Shown: positions 1 through 11,517 of the stretch, piece after piece
Numbering within the stretch: position 1 is the first letter of the stretch
Layout of the letters: each line of letters starts with the position of its first letter
Assembly: GCF_001194135.2 (NCBI RefSeq)
Contig: NC_068991.1
Location: 27,412,729 to 27,459,804 of the forward strand
DNA: 47,076 nt
Source of the DNA: Octopus bimaculoides
Lineage: Eukaryota
Direction: 5' to 3'
Made by a program: the position numbers and the translations under genes
Notes under the pieces: model-generated
Seen by the model: only the letters and a program-made list of their open reading frames with translations
What the model was told of the DNA's origin: nothing
Database searches by the model: none

Positions 1-25
1 GATCTAAGCATGCAGATTAAAAGTA

Positions 26-80
<55 letters not shown>
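26..80. repeat. (TAA)n microsatellite
   Basis: Perfect AAT trinucleotide run read directly. Confidence 0.97.
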
Positions 81-84
<4 letters not shown>

Positions 85-690
85 GAGAAGGGATGACAAC
101 CTAGTGAGAGTTATCCACTGGAAGCCATGTAGAAAGATAGGATTTGAACATACTGATAAATGGTATGAACATGAACATAGTAAAGTACTATAAAGTGAGA
201 AATATAAGATGTGGAACTTTAACATTCAGGCTGACGAGTAATAGAAGCTAGAAGTCCTGATTTGGTGGTAGTAGATAAAGAGAATAGAAAGTGCCAGATA
301 ATAGACTTTACAGCCCCAAATGAGGAAAAAATTAATATGAGAAGTATATAAAAAAATAGCAAAGTACCAGGACCTAGCTATTGAATTACAGTCTATGGAA
401 AGTGCGGGTAAAATGTATCTCAGCAGTTATAGGTGCATTGGGAACTATCCCTAAAGATTTGAATAGATAGCTAGAGGAAATAGGCATAAAACCCAGTTTG
501 GTACAGCTCCATAAAACAGTATTTTTAGGGACACCTAGGATACTTAGGTGGAGTCTCGGCATGCAAGGTTACTTGCTGTAAGCCAATAGGAGGGTTCTTG
601 GCATCTAAAGCTACTCGTTGTAGCCCGATGTTAGGATTCTTTTTTTTTCCAACATTCTAATCTGTTGAGTGTGTATGAAAAATGATAATA
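80..690 (+). mobile_element. R4/Dong-clade non-LTR retrotransposon, 5'-truncated 3' end (RLE endonuclease relic plus 3' UTR)
   Basis: Manual translation with stops/frameshifts: YKRRDDNLVRVIHWKPCRKIGFEHTDKWYEHE...ARSPDLVVVDKENRKCQIIDFTAPNEEK...KYQDLAIEL...VIGALGTIPKDL...LHKTVFLGTPRILR, the PD-(D/E)xK restriction-like endonuclease region of R4/Dong elements. Begins immediately after (TAA)n and ends in ATAATAAT. Confidence 0.85.
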
Positions 691-698
691 ATTACAAT

Positions 699-917
699 GG
701 TTTCAAATTTTTGTGACCATGTCAACAATTTTAAGATGAATGGGAAAATCGAATACATTGACCCCATTGCCCAACTGGTACATATTTTATTGGCCTCGAT
801 AGGATATATGTGACAGCGAATCTTGACGCAGTTTTAACTCAGGACCTGAAGAACTGAGAGAAATACCGCAAAGCATTTAGTCCGATGTGTTACAAATATT
901 CTCCCAGCGCTTCGTCT
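699..917 (-). mobile_element. Degenerate tRNA-derived SINE (family A)
   Basis: Diverged match to the copies at 1033, 14447 and 39765-40378 (GGTTTCAAATT..., ACTGGTAC..., AAATACCGC.AAGCATTT). Confidence 0.7.
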
Positions 918-939
918 CATGAACAAAAACAACAGCAAA

Positions 940-991
940 AACACCACCAACAACAATTATAACAACAACAACAACAATAATAATGATGATG

Positions 992-1031
<40 letters not shown>
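940..1031. repeat. Compound (AAC)/(GAT)/(AAT) microsatellite
   Basis: Read directly. Confidence 0.9.
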
Positions 1032-1032
<1 letters not shown>

Positions 1033-1033
<1 letters not shown>

Positions 1034-1217
1034 GTTTCAAATGTTTCCACAAGGACAGCAATTTGTGGAGTAAGGGACGAGTCGATTACAACGTCCCCAG
1101 CATTCAACTGGTACTTATTTTATTGATCCCGAAAGGATGAAAGGCAAAGTCGACGTCGGCGGAATTTGAAGTCAGAATGTAAAGACAGCGTACTAACGAT
1201 TCTACAAGATCGCCGCC

Positions 1218-1218
<1 letters not shown>
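1033..1218 (-). mobile_element. tRNA-derived SINE (family A) with internal deletion in the head
   Basis: Reverse complement starts GGCGGCGATCTTGTAGAATCGTTAG (A-box-like), has B-box-like GACTTCAAATTCC and the central GTCGACTTTGCCTTTCATCCTTTCGGGATCAATAAAATAAGTACCAG block; both sides abut (AAT)n. Confidence 0.85.
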
Positions 1219-1219
<1 letters not shown>

Positions 1220-1309
<90 letters not shown>

Positions 1310-1366
1310 AAGAAGAAGAAGAAGAAGAAGAAGAAGAAGAAGAAGAAGAAGAAGAAGAAGAAGAAG
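1220..1366. repeat. Compound (AAT)n(AAG)n microsatellite
   Basis: Read directly; source of the poly-N/poly-K ORF artefacts. Confidence 0.97.
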
Positions 1367-2074
1367 ATCCAATTGTGTGAGACATATCGAGTGAACCTTG
1401 GGATCACCATTATATTGATATATTGTGGAATGAATGCAGAAACAATCAGCCATATTATAAATGCGTTACACTAAACACAAAAGACATACAAAATGTGATT
1501 TTATTATGTTTCCGTCATTGTACACTGAAAGATTCGTAAGAAACGTACGCTGAACACAAGAGAAAAGTGAGACAACAGTGGTATAGTAAGAGGAAATGAA
1601 CACGCATGCTTATGCACACTCGTGCCTACACACGGCGCGTGTATTAAATTTCCTTTCTCTTATATACATTCAATCTCTATTATATTTCATTTTCTATTAT
1701 ATTCTTCTTTGAATTTTCCTCCTTTCTCTTCTATTTTTCTCTTCACCCTCCCTCTCTGTTTTTGTTTTATTTTGTTATATTTCTTCTCTCCTTTTATAAG
1801 TCTCTCTATTCACCACTTCATCTCTATGCTTCGCATATATTCACTTTCTTTCCCTGGGTTCTCCTACAATGATTTCACTCCATCTATGTCTTATTCAAAA
1901 GCCATATATATTTGAAGATTAGATATAAATTTTCATAAACCTTGCTTTAACCGGATGTTTAAAACACTATAAAACTTTCTGCTCGTTTCTTTTTTAAGAA
2001 AACGAAATATTTTGGTAAAGTTGGAGTAGACAGCGTTCTAAATTTCAGTTCTTTTACTATCGTTATCATTATGT

Positions 2075-2291
<217 letters not shown>

Positions 2292-3239
2292 TGCAGTGAA
2301 TGCAAGGTAACGATAGAAAATGGGATTAAGTGAGACAATTACAGATAAAAGAATTGAAAGTGATAAATATAGGATAAATGCTTCAAAGAAGAGATACAAT
2401 TTAAAAAATATCTAAATATTAGAAAGGATGAGAAGAAAAACAGCGGATCTAAAACCGATAAGCGTGAATAAACCAAAAATAAGGTATATAACAGTAACGC
2501 ATCATCCAACTTAGATGTGCAGACTGTATAACGACACTGAACATCTATTGTTGTATTCTCCGATTGTCTTCTGCAGTTTCTATTACAACATCTAGTTGCA
2601 TATGAAAGTAAGCGGGATGTAGATATATATACAAATTCAATACAAAGTACTCTAACAGTAACAAAAAATACAATTATGAAAATATATCATTATAAGCGTA
2701 AAATAATGCGATTATTTTTCAATGTTAATTGAAACAATTCCAATAGTTTCAATTTAATGATTTTACGTTTATGTAAATATGATACAGCAGGGTACAAACT
2801 AGAGAACAGTTTTAGTGTTTAAAATGTGAATTGTCAAACATTGTCTCTAAATGTCTTTTCTTGTTTAATTTGTACTAATTATGCCCAAAATGTTAATTAC
2901 TTTTATAGCTATAAATTTCACTCAAGTAGTATTGTCTCGATAAATTAATTACAATTATTTGAGATAGAAATAGTGCTAAATATCAGGAGACAATTTAATC
3001 ATGCAAATAAATCAAATTCACAAATATATTTATTGATATCATTACAAAAACCATGACACAATAGAGATCGATATAAACGTTTCGGCTCCCAATGAGTGCT
3101 GACTCACCCTTTTGATTTCGATATTACGTCATATCATCCTATTTTGCCTGCATCGCTAGAAAGAACAAAGTAATATAGATTTCACAAAATGCATTTCCAC
3201 CACGTATAAATATATACAACGTATAATTTGCCCTGTGAG

Positions 3240-5620
3240 AGAAGTTGGAAGTCATTCAAAGAAAGAGTATATGAGGTGTTTAGTAACATTCTTGGCTTTG
3301 CTGTAAAAAAGCTCTAAGATTGGTTTGACGATAATGATGAAGAAATTAGTCTTATTTAGAGATGCAAAAGGCATTTAACATATTGCAAAATGTTGACATG
3401 TCAGCGAACAGGATAGTAGCTACACATTTCACGGCTGTAAAAGTAACAGTGCAGAAGCTGAGGACGATGCAGGAAAATTGGCGGAGTCATAAATACGATG
3501 AAATCCAAGAAGCTTCGGATGCTAACAATTCCAAGCATTTTACTCTCTCTTGAAAAAAAGTTTATGGTCCAGTTTCATCAAAGGTTGCGACACTTCGGAG
3601 GAAGGATGACACAGAATTATTAACAAATCCTAAAGCTATTGTTGGGAGATGAAAAGAGTATTTTGACAGGTTGCTCAATAGACCCATTGAAGATGACCTC
3701 TCCTTTCTTGATAATATACCTGAGACCAATAAAACATCTCTTAATAGAGGTTCCAGACCTGGCTGGAATACAAGCGGCAATCAGAAAATTGAACAATAGA
3801 AAGGCCCTTTGTGTAGATAGACTAGGTAAGGGATATATAAATATGGTGGTGATCATCTCTGTACAATGCTGACTGATGTGATTCAGAGAGTTTGCATAGT
3901 GAAGAGGTTTCTCCGGATTGGCGTCATGCGACTATGGAGATAATATATAAATCGAAAGGTGGAAAGCTAGTTAGCTGTTGCTGAACTTTGTAGGGTAATG
4001 ATGGATAGATTGCTTCTGCACATTGATGATGAGGTTGCAAGAAAAGTGCATCAAACAGGATATGGACTTATCTCAGGTTTTCGTTGAACTAACGAAAGCG
4101 TTTGATTCTGTCAATAGAATTGCACTTTGGGAGATCCTGAAATTTGTGAGAATGCTTAGACAGTTGTATGACAAGATGGAAGTGAGAGTTAAGGCTGGAG
4201 ATACCTTATGTGATCCAATTTCTGTAGAAAACGGTGAAAAAGAAGGTGATATTCCTTTTCCTACATTGCTTGCTATGTATTTTGCAATAGACTTCAAGTA
4301 TAGTTTGAAGATTTCCTATAAGATATAGGAGAACGGGAAAGCTGTTCAATCTCAAAGGATTCTATGCCAAAACGGGAGTTCTGCATTCTCACCTCATTGA
4401 ATAACTGTATGAAGATGATTGTAACCTGTTGGCACATTCCCAGAAAGATATAGAGCACATGCTGAATGCAATTTCTGCTGTATGTGCAGTACTGGATCTT
4501 ACGATTAATATAAAATAACACTGTTATAATGCACCAGCCTTTACCATCCAAGATTTATGTGGAACCTTTTATAACTGTGAATGGTCAAAGGTTGGAGACT
4601 GTGTCTAGATTTACTTACTCGGGAAGTACTTTGAGCACTGCGGGTCTTGAGGATGAAATTTCATATAGAATATGCAGGGTTAGTAGTGGTTTTGGTAGGC
4701 TTGATAGGCGTCTATGGACAAGACATGATACATCTTCACAAATTAAAATTAAGGTGTATAACACGTGTGTCCTGCTATCTTTGCTATATGGGAGTGAGGC
4801 GTGGGTTATTTACCGTAGGCATATAAGCCAACTGGAACGATACCATCAATTCTGTTTGAGAAAAACTTTGGGGATAAACTGAAAACTGGTCATTAGTAAT
4901 GTGGAAGTGCTTGAGAGGAGTGGTAGTAGAAGTATAGAGTCAATGGTTCTGCAAAAACGTTTGAGGTGGTGGGGGACATCTGGTCAGAATTAGTCATGAG
5001 AGACTGCCCAAGCGGCTATTGTTATGGTAAGCTGGAAGACTAGCGCATGAGCCTAAACTAAGGTATAAGGATTGCCTTTAAAATGCTCTAATATAGATAG
5101 GAATTACATTTAGTAATTGGTAGAGAGAGGCACAAGACTGGAATAAATGGAGGAAGACAGTGCATGATGGTTGTTTGCGGTTTGAGAGGGAGCGAGTGAA
5201 GTATGAGAGACTTAGGAGGGGTCTTGGAAAGACAGAACTTGTGGAGAGTGAGGGACTGTTCATTTTTGTGTGTGTGGTTTGTGAAAGGTGTCTGAGTCAT
5301 GCAGATGTGGTCACCCATGAAAAATATCACAGGAATCGACCAACGATAAACAGTGATGTGGCTATTACAATTCACAACATAACGTGTGGAAAATATGGAA
5401 GCGGTGCCTCGCAGATGAAGGTCTGAAAAGACATGTTAAGAGAATGCATACGGCGGCACCTATTTATCCTGCCATCCAGCACAACCGTGCAGTATGTAAT
5501 AAGAGGTGTAAAACTTTGGCTGGGCTTAAAAATCATATAAGGGCATCACATGGCATAAATAATGAATCATTTCAGAGTCTTTTTGGTAATGGCTTTTTTC
5601 TCGTGTAACGAGGGTGCAGC
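3240..5620 (+). mobile_element. RTE-clade LINE, 5'-truncated and degenerate, with C-terminal C2H2 zinc-finger relics
   Basis: DWFDDNDEEI pre-RT motif (about 3320); RT segments FVELTKAFDSVNR and FVRMLRQLYD (ORF 4023-4328); RFTYSGSTLS...KIKVYNTCVLLSLLYGSEAWVIYRRH...LERYHQFCLRK (ORF 4529-4882); Cys/His finger motifs at 5270-5545. Confidence 0.9.
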
Positions 5621-5625
5621 TATGA

Positions 5626-5650
5626 TGCATGTATGTATGTATGTATGTAT

Positions 5651-5681
<31 letters not shown>
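5626..5681. repeat. (TATG)/(TA)n microsatellite running into a gap
   Basis: Read directly. Confidence 0.9.
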
Positions 5682-5967
5682 NNNNNNNNNNNNNNNNNNN
5701 NNNNNNNNNNNNNNNNNNNNNNNNNNNNNNNNNNNNNNNNNNNNNNNNNNNNNNNNNNNNNNNNNNNNNNNNNNNNNNNNNNNNNNNNNNNNNNNNNNNN
5801 NNNNNNNNNNNNNNNNNNNNNNNNNNNNNNNNNNNNNNNNNNNNNNNNNNNNNNNNNNNNNNNNNNNNNNNNNNNNNNNNNNNNNNNNNNNNNNNNNNNN
5901 NNNNNNNNNNNNNNNNNNNNNNNNNNNNNNNNNNNNNNNNNNNNNNNNNNNNNNNNNNNNNNNNNNA
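5682..5967. other. Assembly gap (N run)
   Basis: N characters. Confidence 1.
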
Positions 5968-6683
5968 AAATACCGCTTGCAAAATACCGCTTGCAAAAGA
6001 CGAAAGCGAAAGCTTCAAAAACCACCAATCCTACGATAAATAGACACACACGCAATGCAATGAACACTTTAACAAATAGGCCTACCTTCAGGATGGAATG
6101 TGAAGATAGTTTACACACCCCAATATCAATTGATTTCATGCTGTGCATGAGAAAAACATGCTTTGCAATCTTCAGTTGGAGATAGTAACATCTATTTCCA
6201 AAATATTCACTACGTCAACTCATGTGCATTTCGAATTTTAAACGTCTCACTCCGTTTAATGAGAAAACTCTCGCAAACAATAAAAAAGTTGCTGTATGAA
6301 AGCATTATTGCTGTTAAAAACAGTAATAATGAGGTGGTTAACAAGACTTCTACCTTAATAGGTATAATAGTAGATATTTGAATAAACGAAGGGTTAAAAT
6401 ACCGCTTGCCAAGCACAGCATGAAATCAATTGATATTGGGGTACGTAAACTATCTTCACATTCCATCCTGAAGGTAGACCTATTTGTTAAAGTGTTCATT
6501 GCATTGCTCGTGTGCGTATTTATCGTAGGGTTGGTGGTTTTTGAAGCTTTCGCTTTCCTCTTTGCCAAGCGGTATTTTTACCCCTCTTTTATTCAAATAT
6601 TTAATATTATACCTATTACGGTAGAAGTCCTGCTAACCGCCTCATTATTACTGTTTTTAGCAGCAATAATGCTTTCATATAGT

Positions 6684-6685
<2 letters not shown>
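5968..6685. mobile_element. Non-autonomous inverted-repeat element (MITE-like), nested palindromic arrangement
   Basis: 5982-6146 is the reverse complement of about 6413-6578, and about 6290-6412 is the reverse complement of about 6562-6683; AAAATACCGCTTG(C/G)CAA recurs at the junctions. No transposase. Confidence 0.7.
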
Positions 6686-6718
<33 letters not shown>

Positions 6719-6893
6719 CGAGAGAGAGATAGGTGGGGAGAAAAAGGAGGGAGAGAGAGGAGAGAAGGGGAGAGAGAGGAGAGAAGGGGAGAGAGAGGAG
6801 AGAAGGGGAGAGAGAGGAGAGAAGGGGAGAGAGAGGAGAGAAGGGGAGAGAGAGGAGAGAAGGGGAGAGAGAGGAGAGAAGGGGAGAGAGAGG
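6686..6893. repeat. (TA)n followed by a polypurine minisatellite, 19-mer GAGAGAGGAGAGAAGGGGA in about 8 copies
   Basis: Read directly. Confidence 0.92.
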
Positions 6894-8215
6894 AATAAAA
6901 ATGACAATGACGTTAAGATATAAAAATGTTACCTTGGAAATTAATTGCTTTTAACATTTCAAGTTCTAGCAGTAATTGTGAGTTATTATGAACAAACACA
7001 ATGTACAACATACTATTTGATAACGTCATTTGTTCAAAATTTGGTGAAAGTACACAGTACACTTAAAATAAATTCAAACTCTATTAATTATTTACTGCTA
7101 TAAATTACCGTAATAGAATCTATCCTTTTTGTAATCTGCAGAACAATAGATTAAATCTGCATTTATGTATATCACTGTAAAGATATATAAGCAAAAATAT
7201 CCCGCCATCAACTATTAACTGCCAAAGAAATACACCTACTCATGAAGAAATACATACAAGAAGGATACAGCACACATTTATCGAATGACTTCACTGACAT
7301 ATTGTACTAAATTGATGAAATTAACAACATTCCACCTTGAATATAGAAAGTGTTTTAATCTACGTCCTGCTAAACGTAACGATGTACATAAGGTGTAAGA
7401 CATGTATATTAAAACCCCTGATTATCGCAGATAAATTCTTTAACTGTTTCTGTTGACCCTCCCATCTGAAATTCCTTTGATTATTCAAAAACATATATAT
7501 CAGGCTATAGTTTTTTTACTCGAAACCTGAACTACTGAATTTTATATGACTAATGTTGTTAAAAATATGATACTGAAGAGCGGGAAGACAGGCTTCAAGA
7601 ACATCACTAAACATTTCAATCCTTAAATTTGCAATTCTTTATAGTTATAGCTTTAATTAACACCACAACTCTACCACATTCTAAGGCATTATTGTGGAGA
7701 TAGGGAATAAAAGGAACTATGGATATAATTCCACAATATACAAACAAAATGCAAATAGACGCCCATAGTGCCTGTTCTTATAGGCACAAAATGTAAGTCA
7801 CCGAACCTCTAATTGGCCTGCCTTTACTAGGAGTCATTGTTGCAATTCATAGTAGGGTACACGAAAGCAGCTATATACAAAACCAAAGTGAAGAAACGGG
7901 TACGCAAAATATACCATAAAGTATGAGATAATCGGTGAATAATTCTTAAATCCGAAGTTGAAAACATTATCAGTTATAACAAGTACTCTATGATCCTTTG
8001 CAATCTACAACAAAGTGCTCGAACAATACACCACTAACATTTTCTTCAGATTATGAGGCCGATAAATTTCTGAAATATTAATGGATTTAGAGGATGTAGA
8101 GGATGTAGTAAACGAAAGACTAATAAAGAAACATGAAAATCCCCCAATAAACAAGATAGCGTTGTAGTGTTTTAATACAAGTCTAGAAGAAAAGTTGTTT
8201 ATATTTTCCCAAATA

Positions 8216-8216
<1 letters not shown>

Positions 8217-8259
<43 letters not shown>
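8217..8259. repeat. (TA)n microsatellite
   Basis: Read directly. Confidence 0.95.
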
Positions 8260-8262
<3 letters not shown>

Positions 8263-8269
8263 GGTGGTC

Positions 8270-8985
8270 CCTGTTGTTCATATATATAACTTACATACAC
8301 TTGGTATCCGGACTGAATTTGGCTGATTGCACAAAAGGAAAAGAAACTGCATCTCATAAAAATAGAAGTATTTTTTAAAAGTCGGAAAATACCAGCTATA
8401 CTATGGCAAGGAGATAAAATTTAACACAAAGTAGCTGCCCTCAACTTCCTCTACAGCCTCAAGACGGCTGCGGGACATGGCGTATGTGTTCCTTAGTGGG
8501 AAGAGGTTCGAGCACCTCCTTGATTTTGGCCAGTAGCTTGGCATTTGGTAGTATCACGGGTAATACGATAGAAGTTTTTCTCAATTGCATCCCACATATA
8601 GTAATCTATGAGGTTACAATCAAGGGTACTAGGAGGCCTGACATTGGGACTGGTGAAGTCTTAGAAATCCTTCGACAACCACTTCTGATTCTTTTTGGAG
8701 GTATGGAAAGGAGCCGAATATTGCTGCCATATATATGGCCTTTCAACAGCAAACCTCCCCAGCCAGAGATTGACCACATTCTCCAACAGCTTCGCATAGC
8801 CGTCTGAATTGAGTCTAAAGCTTTGTTTAAGGATGTGAGGATGTACTCCGGTATGCGAACTCAATCAGAGTGATTGCTGTGTCCCTTCCTGCTGATCACA
8901 GCGTTGTAGACACTGTGGCTGCTTTTATAGTCTTAACAGAGCATTGAGCAGCTGTCATAATATTGGCATTTTGATACCGCACGTG
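8270..8985 (-). mobile_element. Tc1/mariner superfamily, DD37D (maT-like) transposase relic
   Basis: Minus frame: RLNSDGYAKLLENVV...PYIWQQYSAPFHTSKKNQKWLSKDF*DFTSPNVRPPSTLDCNLIDYYMWDA. I count 37 residues between the second catalytic position (Y replacing D) and the third D. Confidence 0.8.
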
Positions 8986-9936
8986 TATCGCCATGATACA
9001 GTTAACTTATGTCCATTATTCCGCTGGCTTTCTTTCTCCTGTGTTTAATTTGTCCAGCTGGCCACATTATACATCCGAATTCATGGTTCTGTCACTGGAA
9101 GGAAACCCGTAAATTGCAGCTCTCTTCCAAACCCACCAAACTGAAAGCATAAGCTTCGGAAGTTGTTTTTTATAGTTAGCCGCGCTTCACCCGTGATGTG
9201 ATTATGTGATTGTTTGCACTTTACATTGTTATAGACGATCCATTTTCTGCCCCTTGTCACCATTTTCTTCAAAACATTATCGTTTTCATCACGTTTCTGC
9301 AATGAATCACTGATGGAAATCCGTTGGGCAAAGTCAGTCTTATTCATTGGAGGTAGGACTCAAACATCGAGCCTCATGAAGCAAACAATTTGTTGCTGAT
9401 GATTTTCAGTACTCGATTTTGGATATTTGTGGAATATCTGTGATCATCTTCGTAGTATAACTTGTACTGTTCTCGATGTTAATCTCAGTTTGCGACCAGT
9501 GCGAGGTGCACCTTGAGCCGAAACATTTCCCGACCGAAATCTCGAAAACAACTTCAGGCACATATGTTCCCTAACAAGCATACTCCCCGTACATAGCGCG
9601 TATCTTCCTGCAGCTTTCTGTAGCTTTCTTCTCAGAGTCCTGAAGCATACTTTCCATCGGGTCCTGTCAGAAGCAACCCTCTCAAAGAGATCCTGCTGGA
9701 TCCTCATAGAAAAAAAAAAGGACATTACATGTCGATAATATTTGTTACAATTCTCCATTTTCCAGGTGATCCCAAACACAAAAAACAAGTTTCGTTACAA
9801 GTTCGCGTCGAAACCCGTTGAAGTGTCAAGTATTTAACGAGCGCGCATGCGTAAGGAACAGGCTGAAGTTAGCTACTTATTAGGGTCGTATAATTTAGTA
9901 TGGACAAAACCCGAACGGACATTTTGGCCAGCACAA
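8985..9936 (-). mobile_element. Mariner (DD34D-type) element, 5' TIR present, 3' part missing
   Basis: QRISISDSLQKRDENDNVLKKMVTRGRKWIVYNNVK, HTH region GNVSAQGAPRTGR; 5' TIR-like TTGTGCTGGCCAAAATGTCCGTTCGGGTT on the minus strand with TA at 9937-9938. Confidence 0.85.
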
Positions 9937-10421
9937 TATATGTGTATGTATGCGGATGTATACAAAGTAGTTAATGGAAGTAATTATACTGAAAGTGAAG
10001 AGAAAGTATTATCGATTAGCGCAGAAACAAATTAATCTTATATTCATATGATTATCTGCAGCTTTAGAAGCTGCTTCCTCAGTTATGAATATTCTTTCAG
10101 GAAATGGGAGAGGAGGATGAGCAAAGCTGTAGCCAGATATGTATATCATATAAAAGAGCAACACGTTAACTCTTTCCACATTAACAGATCAGTTATCAAG
10201 AACAGCACACACTCGATGAATGGAACAAAGCAATGCCATCCACAGAGAATATCCTATGATAGCGTAACAAAAATATACTCATATATAATGACAGAACTAC
10301 GGTTTGAAAACAAGCTGTACATTTTAAGTTGCAAAAGTAAAATATAAAATGATTGATCCACCGGACATTAACGCTAAAACCAATCAGCTCTTTACTGTTT
10401 GCAAAAGGTTGCTCCACTTTC

Positions 10422-10423
10422 TT

Positions 10424-10504
<81 letters not shown>

Positions 10505-10712
10505 TCTCTCTCTCTATCTCACTCTCTCTTTCTCTCTCTCCCTCTCTCTCTTTCTGTATGTATGTATCTATCTATCCCACTCTCTCTCTCTTCCTCTCTC
10601 TCTCAATCTATCTGTCTATCTAACTATCGCACTGCATATGTATGTACTCATGTACACTTATCCATACATATACACGCACACTGATAAATAGATAGATAGA
10701 TAGATAGATAGC

Positions 10713-10753
<41 letters not shown>
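10422..10753. repeat. (CT)n, (CTAT) and (GATA)n microsatellite cluster
   Basis: Read directly. Confidence 0.95.
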
Positions 10754-10755
<2 letters not shown>

Positions 10756-11440
10756 ACACGTCATGTTTCTGAAACCTAGCTGACTTAGTAACATGAAAGT
10801 GATTGTGTGCTTTACGTTTGAGCCTGTCATTGTATGAGGGTTGGAGCACATGCAGCAGTTCTTGACTCATAGCCAATATAAATACTAAATACCACCTTTA
10901 TCACCCAGCAATTTGGTTTCAAATATTTCAAAATAGAATATTAGTTGTTGTTCCAGCATTAAGGTTCCCAAAGATAATGCTGTCTTCGTTAATTAATGAC
11001 AAATAACTTGATCTTGAACTGCTATACACTAAAGAGTAGTGTATTAATCAGAGAAGCAACGTTGTAGTGATAGCGGTTTGCGAATAACTGCCACTTTCGT
11101 TGTTTAATATTATAGCCACTCATCCATCAGAAGTTCTAGACAACAATACTTTTACTAGTAATTATACAGCAGTGTGAGGGGAATAGCGAGCTGAGAAGTT
11201 GTCATAGTAATGTTTATTAACAAAGAAGACCGAAGTGACAAAAGATCAACGTCTAAAATACAGCATTAGAATTCTAATGTATTCATTAGAAAATCGTATC
11301 AAATACTTAGAGTATAAAGTAAAAATTAGAATAGAATACATTAGGATTTCCATCAGCTACAGAATCTTGCGTAAGTTGAAGAAATGCCAAAATCATTGGC
11401 TGCTTAAATGAAATATAGTCTTTCTTTTACAACCACGTAG

Positions 11441-11517
11441 GACAAGAACAAACCAAAACTGACATAAAGGGCAAATGGCGAAAACATGAGCTACAGACAG
11501 ATCTAATAATGAACGAG
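11441..11517 (+). CDS. Candidate internal coding exon (77 nt, phase 1 to 0), unknown protein: xQEQTKTDIKGKWRKHELQTDLIMNE
   Basis: Acceptor TCTTTCTTTTACAACCACGTAG, strong donor GAG|GTGAGC, purine-rich body, only one open frame. No homology recognised. Confidence 0.4.

Noticed and set aside
1033-1218. Family-A SINE as a partner of the TAA-targeting R4/Dong LINE
   Set aside because: Its tail is (ATT)n on the sense strand, opposite to the (TAA)n polarity of the R4/Dong copies, and no shared 3' sequence was seen.
2577-2607. 31-nt plus-strand exon candidate FLLQHLVAYE, resembling FLLHHLLHI at about 17490
   Set aside because: The match is six residues in low-complexity T-rich sequence and the two are in different splice phases; not enough support.
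3108-3155. Minus-strand 48-nt segment with excellent acceptor and GTGAGT donor
   Set aside because: All three frames contain stops. It shows that good splice pairs arise by chance here, which tempers all exon calls.
5526-6185. Long ORFs containing X runs (also 16486-17060, 17243-18023, 40443-41132)
   Set aside because: They are open only because N gaps hide stop codons.
6378-6923. 181-aa ORF resembling a membrane protein with a charged tail
   Set aside because: It is composed of the MITE inverted repeat, (TA)n and the purine minisatellite; the hydrophobicity follows from T-richness.
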